Shown here: positions 50,818-60,172 of the stretch, piece after piece | How the letters are laid out: every line of letters starts with the position of its first letter | How positions within the stretch are numbered: the stretch's first letter is position 1 | Assembly: GCA_045534225.1 (NCBI GenBank) | Contig: JAZSJJ010000005.1 | Coordinates: 93,712-157,711, forward strand | From: Clostridia bacterium | GTDB taxonomy: Bacteria > Bacillota > Clostridia > TANB77 > CAG-465 | Direction of reading: 5' to 3' | DNA: 64,000 nt | The notes under the pieces: generated by a model | The model's database searches: none | What the model saw: only the letters and a program-made list of their open reading frames with translations | Told to the model about the DNA's origin: nothing | Position numbers and translations under genes: made by a program

Positions 50818-52254
50818 ATGATTGCAGAATGTGCACTTTTAGGTGCAGGTGCAGTTGTTGCATCTGATGCAGTGAAAATAGAATATTTAAAAAGCAAACA
50901 CCGTGAATTAACTGATGCAGAAAAACATGAATTCATGTCTGATGATTCTAGACGTTTTATTCATTTTACATCAGAAGCGAGTGCTAAAAGAATAATGCAA
51001 TCGGGTTTCTTAATTCCAACTAAAGGTGTGGTAAACAATCATTTTACTAGAAGTATGGATTCTAGAGGTAGAACTCGTGATTCGGAAATGGTATATATGT
51101 TTGATTCTGCAACTTTTAGTGTAGATGATTATATACGCAACTTGCCAATAAAACGTTCACCGTTTAACGGCTGTTATGAATATTATGCAATAAGTACCAA
51201 GCCAAATAAATATGATATACATGATTTTAGAAAAAGAGCTCAGGATGGAGCGATTACATATGAAGGTAGATTAGATATTGATGGTACAGATACAAGACTT
51301 GTTAAATATGCGTTAACATTGGACGAGCAGGGAGAATATACATTTACAGAAATGGCAATGGACGCAGAATATACACCAACACCAGAACTACTAGCGAAAC
51401 TAGAGAAAGACAAAACAACAGCCATAGGATATATAGCAAAAACATATATGTCTGAAGTAAGAAAATCTAAAGAATCTATGAGAAGATTTAGAGCAGAAAA
51501 AGATATATATAAAGAGCAAATAAGAAGAAAAAAAGAATTAGCTAAGGCTAATAGACAGTTTGCTCAAGAAGAAAAGGATAAATCATATATATATGAACAA
51601 GATGGTAGAACAATAGTAGTTAAGAATATAGAATATGAACAAGTAGGTGGAAAGAAACTTCAAAAAATAGCAATAATGGAAAGAGAAGATGAAAGTAAAA
51701 AATCTAAACCTAGTATGACATTTTGTTATATGGATGAATTAGATGTATCTAAACTTGAACCAGAAGTTGCTAGTAAATATTTTTTCACTAACCATGATGA
51801 GGCTAGAAATAGCAAAAGCAAAATGCCTAGATATATTGGTATGCCGCTTTTAAATCTTGAAACAGGTGAAGTAGTAAATGAATATGATACAACCATAGAT
51901 AAAGATTTTAGAGCACATATGGATAGAAAGTATAAAACAAGTGAAGCTTTGGAAGAAAGATACGAAAAAGTTAAAAAAAGTAGAGGGATAGTTGCTAAAG
52001 TAAAATCAATGTTTTTGAGAATATTTAAGAAGGAACAACCTTTGACATTATCTGAAGCCGAAGCAGATAGACAAAGATTAGCAGATATGGGATATTCAAG
52101 TGTTGAAGCTATGAATAATGACGATAGAGATGCAAAAATGTTTAAACTTCTAGAAGATGGAACATATCCACCGGAAGAAGTTGCAACATACGATTTAACA
52201 AACGAAAGACAAGATACATTAATGTGTGAACCAAGAGAAGTAGAGGAGAAATAA
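50818..52254 (+). CDS. hypothetical protein (478 aa), translationally coupled to obg
   Basis: Strong AGGAGG RBS. Its stop codon abuts the obg start (52254/52255). No recognisable motif. Confidence 0.5.
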   Translation: MIAECALLGAGAVVASDAVKIEYLKSKHRELTDAEKHEFMSDDSRRFIHFTSEASAKRIMQSGFLIPTKGVVNNHFTRSMDSRGRTRDSEMVYMFDSATFSVDDYIRNLPIKRSPFNGCYEYYAISTKPNKYDIHDFRKRAQDGAITYEGRLDIDGTDTRLVKYALTLDEQGEYTFTEMAMDAEYTPTPELLAKLEKDKTTAIGYIAKTYMSEVRKSKESMRRFRAEKDIYKEQIRRKKELAKANRQFAQEEKDKSYIYEQDGRTIVVKNIEYEQVGGKKLQKIAIMEREDESKKSKPSMTFCYMDELDVSKLEPEVASKYFFTNHDEARNSKSKMPRYIGMPLLNLETGEVVNEYDTTIDKDFRAHMDRKYKTSEALEERYEKVKKSRGIVAKVKSMFLRIFKKEQPLTLSEAEADRQRLADMGYSSVEAMNNDDRDAKMFKLLEDGTYPPEEVATYDLTNERQDTLMCEPREVEEK

Positions 52255-53541
52255 ATGTTTGTAGATTATACTAAAATAAAAGTAAAAGCAGGCGATGGTG
52301 GCAATGGAGCAATGACATTCCACAGAGAAAAATATGTAGATAGCGGCGGACCAGACGGTGGAGATGGCGGCCGTGGCGGAAGCATAATCTTCAGAGTACA
52401 TCCTGGTATGAATACATTAATAAACTTTAGTTATAATAAAAAAATATTTGCTAAAAATGGCGAAAATGGTGCAAAGAAAAATTGTGCAGGTAAAAGCGCA
52501 GAAGATGTTTATGTAGATGTACCAAAAGGAACAGTTGTAAGAGATTTAGAAAATGGTAAGATTATAGCAGACTTAAATAAAGATGATTCTGTAGCAGTAA
52601 TAGCTAAAGGTGGTCGTGGAGGTAAAGGTAACCAACATTTTGCAAACTCTGTAAGACAAGCTCCAAGATTTTCGGAACAAGGTGAACCAGGTGAAGAAAA
52701 AGAACTTGAACTTGAACTTAAACTAATAGCAGATGTAGGACTTGTAGGATTCCCTAATGTAGGCAAATCTACATTAATATCTATGGTATCATCAGCAAAA
52801 CCTAAGATTGCAAATTATCACTTTACAACATTAGAACCAAGTTTAGGTGTTGTAACCGCAAAAGATGGTTCGTCATTTGTAATGGCAGATATACCTGGAA
52901 TTATTGAAGGAGCAGCTGAAGGTGTAGGTCTTGGAATTAAATTCTTAAGACACATTGAAAGAAATAAAATATTACTTCATGTAATAGATATATCTGGAAG
53001 TGAAGACCGTGATCCTATAGATGACTACTATACAATAAATGTTGAACTCAGAAAGTTTAGTGAAAAACTAGCAGAGAAGAAACAAATAATTGTAGCGAAT
53101 AAGATAGATGTTATGACAGATGAATCTAAACTAGAAGAATTAAAAGAAGTAGCTGCTAAAGATGGCCGCGAAGTAGTAGCAATATCTGCTGCAACTAATA
53201 TAAATGTAAAAGAATTAGTTGAAATAGTAGCTAAAGCGTTAAAAGAACTTCCTGAAGAAGAAATGGAAGATACAGATGAAGAAGTATTTACAATTTCATT
53301 AGACAAGCGTAATAAAGGTGAAGAAGAATTTAAGATAGACATTATAGAATGTGAATATACAGTAACTGGACCATCGATAGATAAACTTATGAGAAGAGTT
53401 AATGTAGAAGATTTTGAATCTAGACAATACATGCAACGTTCACTAAAACTTATGGGAGTAATGGATGAATTAAGAAAAATGGGTATTGAAGCAGGGGATA
53501 CTGTGGATATCAAAGGCTTTAAGTTTAACTGGGAAGAATAA
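52255..53541 (+). CDS. obg: GTPase Obg
   Basis: Gly-rich Obg fold (MFVDYTKIKVKAGDGGNGAMTFHREKYV), G domain (GFPNVGKST) and a C-terminal TGS-like domain. Confidence 0.9.
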   Translation: MFVDYTKIKVKAGDGGNGAMTFHREKYVDSGGPDGGDGGRGGSIIFRVHPGMNTLINFSYNKKIFAKNGENGAKKNCAGKSAEDVYVDVPKGTVVRDLENGKIIADLNKDDSVAVIAKGGRGGKGNQHFANSVRQAPRFSEQGEPGEEKELELELKLIADVGLVGFPNVGKSTLISMVSSAKPKIANYHFTTLEPSLGVVTAKDGSSFVMADIPGIIEGAAEGVGLGIKFLRHIERNKILLHVIDISGSEDRDPIDDYYTINVELRKFSEKLAEKKQIIVANKIDVMTDESKLEELKEVAAKDGREVVAISAATNINVKELVEIVAKALKELPEEEMEDTDEEVFTISLDKRNKGEEEFKIDIIECEYTVTGPSIDKLMRRVNVEDFESRQYMQRSLKLMGVMDELRKMGIEAGDTVDIKGFKFNWEE

Positions 53542-53582
53542 AATGTACAAGAATATAATAGATTGTACAAGGAGGAGTTAAA

Positions 53583-53837
53583 ATGGAAATATTAGGACTT
53601 ATAGGTGGAGTAATTGCATTAATAATAATTGTAAGATTATTATTATGCCCAATAAAAGTGTTTTTTAAGTTATTAATAAATGCAGCAGTTGGTTTAGTAA
53701 TACTATTTATATTTAATCATTTTGGTTTGATGTTAGTAGGATTTACAATTCCAATAAACTTTATAACTGCAGCAATAGTTGGTATACTTGGAATACCAGG
53801 AATTTTAGGACTAATCGCATATTTTATGTTTTTTTAA
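53583..53837 (+). CDS. bofA: pro-sigma-K processing inhibitor BofA
   Basis: 84-aa membrane protein with the BofA signature INFITAAIVGILGIPGILGLI (B. subtilis BofA has INLVTTAISGFLGIPGIAALV). Confidence 0.7.
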   Translation: MEILGLIGGVIALIIIVRLLLCPIKVFFKLLINAAVGLVILFIFNHFGLMLVGFTIPINFITAAIVGILGIPGILGLIAYFMFF

Positions 53838-53889
53838 TTAAGTAAATAATTGAAATTTAATCCCGCTTATGGTAAAATTCTTACCATAG

Positions 53890-53963
53890 GCGGGATTAGT
53901 TTAGTGGTAGAATACAAGGCTTCCGATCTTTTGGCGTGGGTTCGATTCCCACATCTCGCTCCA
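53890..53963 (+). tRNA. tRNA-Gly (anticodon TCC), atypical
   Basis: Acceptor stem gcgggat / atctcgc, T-arm gtggg-ttcgatt-cccac, anticodon loop cttccga, CCA end. Unusual features are a C-U mismatch at the top of the anticodon stem and G at position 37. Confidence 0.6.
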
Positions 53964-54045
53964 TTTTAAAACAACTTGCGAACTATCGTAGGTTGTTATT
54001 TTTGTATATACAATGTTCTCTTGCTAGAAAGGGGGACATTTTTTA

Positions 54046-54173
54046 TGCTTGAATTTAAGATAATACAAGAATTAAAGCCAAATACTGAAATACTAGAAAT
54101 CATTAAAAACTACACTTACAAAACTAAAAATGGAAATATAAATGGGTTCGGAAGAATAAGACTCACATATTAA
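54046..54173 (+). CDS. hypothetical small protein (42 aa), possibly a gene remnant
   Basis: GGGGGA RBS followed by an ATG. It lies in AT-rich DNA next to the tRNA together with other short ORF fragments. Confidence 0.25.
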
Positions 54174-54588
54174 AAAGAACATAAACAAGCACTTTATACA
54201 ACACTTTTAATGACAAATGAGCTTACAAATCATCTTATTCTAGTAAGTAAAAATGCAGAAGATTTGCTAAATAATTTGATGGAAAGTTACAAAGAAACTG
54301 ACGAAAAATTATCTGAAAAAAAAGTAAAGCAATGAATCAAATTGAGTGGGTTAAACTAATGAATAATTACAAAAATATAGTAGAAGAAATTATATTAAAA
54401 GAATATATTTTTATATAAGAAAATGTAAAAAAAGAGGAAAAAATTATACAATAATTTATATTTTTAGCTAATGTGGGAGTAAAAAATTAAAATAGCCAGC
54501 ACTGAATTTGTACTCCCATACAAATTCATATGTGGGGAAAATCCCCAACCTCCCTTAAATTTTGAAAAATAATAATTAGAAAAAAATA

Positions 54589-54629
54589 CAATGAAGATTT
54601 CATTTTCTACATTGTATTTAATTTTATTA
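54589..54629 (-). terminator. rho-independent terminator of the minus-strand four-gene operon
   Basis: Inverted repeat aatacaatg ... cattgtatt with a 15-nt loop, followed on the minus strand by a T-run. Confidence 0.5.
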
Positions 54630-54633
54630 AATA

Positions 54634-55293
54634 TTAATAATTTGCATTCCACTCTGATAAAAATTCATTTACAAAATCTTTCATAAAATTGGTTCTTTTT
54701 TCAGCAAGTTCTTTGGCTGTTTTTGTATTCATATTATCACCAAGTTTAAATAGTTTATGATAGAAATGATGTATTGTAGATTCATCATCCCCATTAGATT
54801 CGGCATAATCGTTTTTTTCATTTAATGGAGCACTAGGATCGTACATAACAACATTGTGTGCACCACCATAAGAAAAAGTTCTCCCAATTCCAATAGCACC
54901 TATAGCATCTAAATTATCTGCATCTTGCAATATTAAAGTGTTTATATCATCAACATTATTTCCATTCCAATTATATTGTTCGTGATATTCAATACAATAA
55001 CATATCTTTTCAACTTGTTCATTAGTTAAATCTATTTTTGATAATATATTTCTAATAGTATCTAAAGAATCTTTTGGAGAAACAAAAGTACCTGTTTCAT
55101 TTTGCATTATTCTATGTACATCATGAAGAAAAGCAGCAACACCTATTACAATTCTATCTCCACCTTCTTTTGCTTGAAGATACAATGCAGTGTTCATTGT
55201 TCTTTCTAAATGACTAATATCGTGACCACTAGAATCTTTTTTAAATAATTCGATTACAAGAGGTCTTAAATCTTCTATATATTTTTCTAACAT
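54634..55293 (-). CDS. HD-domain phosphohydrolase
   Basis: H..HD..H..H..D pattern (SGHDISHLERT ... FLHDVHR ... QDADNLDAIG). Confidence 0.7.
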   Translation of the reverse strand: MLEKYIEDLRPLVIELFKKDSSGHDISHLERTMNTALYLQAKEGGDRIVIGVAAFLHDVHRIMQNETGTFVSPKDSLDTIRNILSKIDLTNEQVEKICYCIEYHEQYNWNGNNVDDINTLILQDADNLDAIGAIGIGRTFSYGGAHNVVMYDPSAPLNEKNDYAESNGDDESTIHHFYHKLFKLGDNMNTKTAKELAEKRTNFMKDFVNEFLSEWNANY

Positions 55294-55304
55294 ATTAATC
55301 CTCC

Positions 55305-56468
55305 TTAAAAATCTTTAAATATTTTCTCTAAGTTTTGTAAGGCTATTTTTAGTTTTTCTTTAGGTAAGGCTATATTGATTCTTTGAAATCCTTTACCAGA
55401 ACTACCAAACATTTTTCCGTTATCTAACCATAATTTTGCTTCTTTAATCATTAATTCTTCTATTTTATCATCTGATAAATTTAATTCATTAAAATCTAAC
55501 CAAAGAAGATATGTTCCCTCGGGATAAATTAATTTAATCTTTGGTAATCTTTCTTTTAAAAATATATCTACATAATTTATATTATCTAACAAATATTTTT
55601 TTAATTCATTTAACCAATTCTGACCTTTTTCATAAGCTGATTGGCAAGCAACTAACCCCATTATATTTATAAGGCTATAGCCTGTATTCCATAATTCTAA
55701 TTGGAATTTTTCACGAATTTCTTCATTTGGTATAAATATATTAGATACTTGTAATCCAGCTAAGTTAAATGTTTTTGTTGGAGCAGTACAAAGTATTACT
55801 TGATTTTGAATATCTGTACAATTTAATATACAAGTATGATTTCCTTTCCAAATAAAATCGCTATGTATCTCATCACAAACAATAAATACATTATATCTTT
55901 TGCAAATTTCAATAATTTTATTTAATTCATTTTTAGTCCAGACTTTACCAACTGGATTATGAGGAGAACACAACAAATATGCTTTAACATTATATTGTTT
56001 AATTTTATTTTCAAAATCTTCAAAATCTATTTCATAATGACCATTTGTTAGTACTAAATCACTACTTACAATTTTTCTTTTATTATCTTTTACGACTTCA
56101 GTAAATGGATAATAAACAGGATTATTTATTAATACACAATCATTTTCTTGAGTAAGTGTTTTTACTGCTGTTGCTAGAGCAAATACTATACCGGGAGTTA
56201 TTACAAGCCACTCTTGTTTTAACTCTACATTATGATTTTGTTTATACCAATTTTCAATCGCATTAAAATATGTCTCATCATTTTTAGAATATCCAAATAC
56301 TCCGTGGTCTATTTTTTTATGCATATCATTTAATATTTCTTCGCAACATTTAAAATCCATATCAGCGACCCACATAGGAAATACATCATCTGGCTTATTC
56401 TTATCAGATTTAAAATCGTATTTTAAACTATTAGTTTTGTTTCTATTTATTTCTTCGTCAAAATTCAT
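55305..56468 (-). CDS. patB: PLP-dependent C-S lyase (MalY/PatB family aminotransferase class I/II)
   Basis: The VFPMWVADMDF motif and a length of 387 aa are typical of MalY/PatB cystathionine beta-lyases. Confidence 0.7.
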   Translation of the reverse strand: MNFDEEINRNKTNSLKYDFKSDKNKPDDVFPMWVADMDFKCCEEILNDMHKKIDHGVFGYSKNDETYFNAIENWYKQNHNVELKQEWLVITPGIVFALATAVKTLTQENDCVLINNPVYYPFTEVVKDNKRKIVSSDLVLTNGHYEIDFEDFENKIKQYNVKAYLLCSPHNPVGKVWTKNELNKIIEICKRYNVFIVCDEIHSDFIWKGNHTCILNCTDIQNQVILCTAPTKTFNLAGLQVSNIFIPNEEIREKFQLELWNTGYSLINIMGLVACQSAYEKGQNWLNELKKYLLDNINYVDIFLKERLPKIKLIYPEGTYLLWLDFNELNLSDDKIEELMIKEAKLWLDNGKMFGSSGKGFQRINIALPKEKLKIALQNLEKIFKDF

Positions 56469-56480
56469 ATTTTACCTCCT

Positions 56481-57305
56481 TTAATTATTTTCTATTTCTT
56501 CTAAAATTTTATTCCAATCATCTCTATATAAAGCATTAGTTAATATATTTTCTAAATATATGTTATATATATTTTCATTATATGTGGGTTGAACCAAAGG
56601 CATATTAGCCATCAGAAATAATAGAACAGCTAAAGTTTTATCATCTGTTTTTTCAAAAAATATTCCTCTTGTATCATTGAAACTTATTTGACCTTTACAA
56701 GAATTTATAATTGTGTAATCTCCAGCAACAATAACATCAAATTGATGTATACGTTTTATTTTATTATCTTTATAAAAATTTAAAATAGTATCAATTAATT
56801 TTTCAATATCAGAATATGTTTTCTCTGCATATAGGATAGTAGGAATTTTATATGTATATTCATTTTTATCTTTTTCCCAAATGAGACCATTTCTAACTCT
56901 AGTCAATTCTTTTACACTTTTTATTTGTTTGAGTGCTCTTTCAATTTCATCCTTATCGCATAAAGCCCCTTTAATCTCCACTGCATAATCTACACCATCT
57001 GCAAAAATAACTGATGCCTTTTTATTTTTTATATCTATGGTATGTGGATGTGATGGATCAAGTATTATACAATCTATAGATGCACTTCTTTTATTATAAC
57101 TATCTATAATATTTCCTTTTGTAATTCTATAAGGAAAAGGAAAATATTTTTCAAAAAAGGAGTGAAATATTTCTTCTCGTCTATCTGCAATTTCTTGTGG
57201 AGTACCTTTTCCTTCAACAGAAGCTTTAGACAAACCTAATTTTAATTCTTGATATTCTAACTCTAACAATTTAATAAATTCATCATTCATTCTTAAGTTC
57301 TCCAT
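56481..57305 (-). CDS. hypothetical protein with a possible PD-(D/E)XK nuclease-like motif
   Basis: SIDCIILD ... (27 aa) ... VDYAVEIKG fits the hhhD ... hhhExK core. GC is about 25%. The ORF overlaps the upstream gene by 23 nt. Confidence 0.4.
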   Translation of the reverse strand: MENLRMNDEFIKLLELEYQELKLGLSKASVEGKGTPQEIADRREEIFHSFFEKYFPFPYRITKGNIIDSYNKRSASIDCIILDPSHPHTIDIKNKKASVIFADGVDYAVEIKGALCDKDEIERALKQIKSVKELTRVRNGLIWEKDKNEYTYKIPTILYAEKTYSDIEKLIDTILNFYKDNKIKRIHQFDVIVAGDYTIINSCKGQISFNDTRGIFFEKTDDKTLAVLLFLMANMPLVQPTYNENIYNIYLENILTNALYRDDWNKILEEIENN

Positions 57306-58011
57306 TCTTAGTTTTTTCTATACTTTCCATAATTTTGCATAAATGTATTCCTAAATACGTAAATGTAAAACAAAGATATGTATTAAATGAATCAGTCATT
57401 TTATTTGGAATATATTTTGATAATTTTATAAAATTGTTATATGATAGTTTTTCAAATACATTGAATATATTTGAACTTTCTTGACTTGGCATTAGAGTAA
57501 GTGATTCTCCAATTATCAAACTATTCTCATTACTAACAAAATCATCTTTATTTACACGATATTCATAATTCATTATTAAATCGGGAACAAATTCATAATT
57601 ATTGCCAATTTCTTTTTTTAAATGATTTACATCAAATTTTTCATTTCCTCGTTTTTTCCAAAGATTAAAGTATAACACATCTATATCATTTTTTGTTAAT
57701 TTCATAAAACCATCAATAATATTTTCGAAGTTGTCTTCTGACATATTTAATATATTTACTGCTATTTCAATAAAATAATCTGATTCTTCAGATAACGCTT
57801 TTACAATTAGATTTTTGATTTTATATCTATTGATAATCTTGTATTGAAATATATCAAATTCTTGTAATTTTTTATTTAAAATATCTATTTTTTCATTTAT
57901 AATTTCTATTTCATCAACACTTAAATAAGAATTTAAGTATCCATTCATTAGAGAGCCAATTGTACCATAAGAATTTATTTTTAAATTACTACAATTTTTT
58001 ATTTGTTGCAT
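57283..58011 (-). CDS. hypothetical protein (first gene of an AT-rich four-gene operon)
   Basis: 242 aa with no recognisable motif. GC is about 25%. Candidate extended -10 upstream (ttgtataat on the minus strand). Confidence 0.45.
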   Translation of the reverse strand: MQQIKNCSNLKINSYGTIGSLMNGYLNSYLSVDEIEIINEKIDILNKKLQEFDIFQYKIINRYKIKNLIVKALSEESDYFIEIAVNILNMSEDNFENIIDGFMKLTKNDIDVLYFNLWKKRGNEKFDVNHLKKEIGNNYEFVPDLIMNYEYRVNKDDFVSNENSLIIGESLTLMPSQESSNIFNVFEKLSYNNFIKLSKYIPNKMTDSFNTYLCFTFTYLGIHLCKIMESIEKTKNGELKNE

Positions 58012-58218
58012 TAAAGACCTCCTTAAAATAAGAGTTTAAATCAATATAATTATACAATAAAATATAAAAAATTCCCATACTTCCTTGAAAAAATATGGGA
58101 ATTACAATATAATGTTTTTAGAAAGAGAGCGTTGTAGTTCGTAAGCTGTAGCTTAATCGCTCCATCATTAATTAAGGAAAATAAAATTATAAAAATATAA
58201 TTGTTAAAAATGTTAATA

Positions 58219-58251
58219 AAACAAAGCACCCAACAGGGTGCTTTGTTGTTT
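58219..58251. terminator. bidirectional terminator
   Basis: Hairpin aaacaaagcaccc-aaca-gggtgctttgttt. Confidence 0.7.
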
Positions 58252-58253
58252 AA

Positions 58254-59261
58254 TCAATTATTTTGTTCATTTACATCATATTCATCAAAGATGTTTCCTA
58301 CAATTTCTTCTAGGATATCTTCTAATGTTACTATACCTACATATTTGTTGTTGTCTCTAACTATAGCCATATTTTCGTATGCTCCATTTAGTATAAGGAA
58401 TGCATCGTCTATTATAGTATCAGAATCTAGTATTTTTACTTTACGTAGATATCTGTATAGGCTAAATTCTTTATCTCTGCCCAGTATTAAGTCTTTAATG
58501 TTAATAATACCTAGAATCTTTTCACCTTCCATGACAGGAAATCTTGTAAATTTAGATTCTCTAATTTTAGAAATTATAGTTTCGTTGCTATCTGATGTAT
58601 CTATGTATACTACGTTATCTTTTTTAGTCATAATATCTTTAATTGTTATATCGTTAAATTCAAATACTCTAAGTAGTAGCTTCTTTTCTAATTCCTCTAG
58701 GTTTGAGTCTACAATTGTATCTTTTATCTCATCCTCATCTTCGTCTTTAGGAGGAGATATCTTTAACAATTTTTCTAAAGCGTTTGTAGACAACTTTAAT
58801 ATTAATATGAATGGTTTGAATATTAATATAACAAAGTTAATTATATTTACCATTTTGTAAGCTATTTTTTCTGGATTTGCTATACCTATTTTTTTAGGTA
58901 CTAGTTCGCCAAATACAAGTGTAAAATATGAAAGGATTATTGTTATAACTACGATTAATATGTTTATTTGCATAGCTTCAGAAATAAATGGAATATGAAT
59001 ATATTCTGCTATTTCGCTTGCAAAACTATCTGCTGCAAATGCGCTTGCTAAAAATCCAGATAAAGTTATTGCTACCTGTATGGCAGATAAGAACGTACTT
59101 GAGTCATTAAGTAGACTTACAATCCTTTTTGCTTTTTTGTTACCTTTCTTAACTTCTTTACTAAGTTTGTATTTATTTAAAGATAGAAACGCTATTTCAG
59201 TTGAAGAGAATATGCCGTTTACTATTATAAGAATAATTAGAATTAATATTTTAATTAACAT
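58254..59261 (-). CDS. HlyC/CorC (CNNM) family transporter with DUF21 and CBS domains
   Basis: N-terminal DUF21 four-helix transmembrane region, then tandem CBS domains and a CorC_HlyC-like C terminus. Confidence 0.7.
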   Translation of the reverse strand: MLIKILILIILIIVNGIFSSTEIAFLSLNKYKLSKEVKKGNKKAKRIVSLLNDSSTFLSAIQVAITLSGFLASAFAADSFASEIAEYIHIPFISEAMQINILIVVITIILSYFTLVFGELVPKKIGIANPEKIAYKMVNIINFVILIFKPFILILKLSTNALEKLLKISPPKDEDEDEIKDTIVDSNLEELEKKLLLRVFEFNDITIKDIMTKKDNVVYIDTSDSNETIISKIRESKFTRFPVMEGEKILGIINIKDLILGRDKEFSLYRYLRKVKILDSDTIIDDAFLILNGAYENMAIVRDNNKYVGIVTLEDILEEIVGNIFDEYDVNEQNN

Positions 59262-59346
59262 GTTAATCCTCCGTTAATGTGTAGTATATCATTAAGTAAA
59301 AAAATATACTATATCTAAATAATAAAAAGTGTAAAAAATGTATAAT

Positions 59347-59375
59347 TTGCAAAACTACCTGCATAGTGGTATAAT
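59347..59375 (+). promoter_or_regulatory. sigma-A promoter with an extended -10 (TTGCAA-17-tgGTATAAT)
   Basis: Consensus-like hexamers about 65 nt upstream of the ATG at 59439. Confidence 0.5.
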
Positions 59376-59438
59376 ATTAAAGCACGAAAAAATTAAGTCG
59401 AAATTTTTAATAAAATAAATTTAAGGAGATATATAATT

Positions 59439-59828
59439 ATGTTTTTTAAGAAGAAACGGAAAGGAGATGAACCAAAGAAACTATTTGTAAGGGTAGATGA
59501 CGTATATATTGCAACAAGCAATCTTAAAGCAAATTGCAATGACGGAAAAGGCTTTTACGAAAAAAAGGTAACACTATTTTACTTAGCGCTTAAGGTATCT
59601 TACGGGTACAAAGAATTGTTTACTGGTAGGGACCTGTGCCTTGATGAAGATGAAGAGTTTTTAGACATTCCATTTATACAAAAAGTAGAACCTTTAAGGG
59701 ATTACTTAGGCGATTATGAACAGGAAGAGATAAGCTATACAGCTCTTTTTGATATAATTGCAACGATAAATGCAATGGTAAAACTCGGTAGTTTAGAAAA
59801 TACAAAGAAAGGTAGAAAGAGGGCATGA
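59439..59828 (+). CDS. hypothetical protein
   Basis: AAGGAG RBS, 129 aa, codon usage rich in AAG and CTT. Confidence 0.5.
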   Translation: MFFKKKRKGDEPKKLFVRVDDVYIATSNLKANCNDGKGFYEKKVTLFYLALKVSYGYKELFTGRDLCLDEDEEFLDIPFIQKVEPLRDYLGDYEQEEISYTALFDIIATINAMVKLGSLENTKKGRKRA

Positions 59829-60172
59829 ATGTTGGACGATTGGACATTATTATAGTAAAAAGAGAACTCGAAGAAAAACGTAAAGAGTTCGATAGAATTT
59901 CTGTTAATATGTCGCTTGAAGAAAAGCTTGAATGGATAAGAAACTTCTTTAACGAATATGTTCCTGAACTAGAGAAACGGTATATGACAGAACAGGAACT
60001 TGAAGAGTGGATTTTCTTACCGGATGAGCTTAGAATTTGGTTTTATCATTACTTTCCTGAACATGGACTTAACATGGCAAAGTACACAGAACAGCTTATG
60101 CACGATTTTCATTGGGAAGGACATAAGAGATTCCAAACAGTGGATAGAAGATTTTTTAGCCATTACGATTAA
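59825..60172 (+). CDS. hypothetical protein
   Basis: ATGA start/stop overlap with the upstream gene, which indicates translational coupling. 115 aa. Confidence 0.5.
   Translation: MNVGRLDIIIVKRELEEKRKEFDRISVNMSLEEKLEWIRNFFNEYVPELEKRYMTEQELEEWIFLPDELRIWFYHYFPEHGLNMAKYTEQLMHDFHWEGHKRFQTVDRRFFSHYD

Noticed and set aside
58125-58164. Partial repeat of the tRNA-Gly 3' end (gtagttcg ... tcgctcca) as an attR site
   Set aside because: Only 8 nt match exactly. A chance 8-mer match is expected about once in a window of this size. It is kept as a weak note inside the island finding rather than called as an att site.
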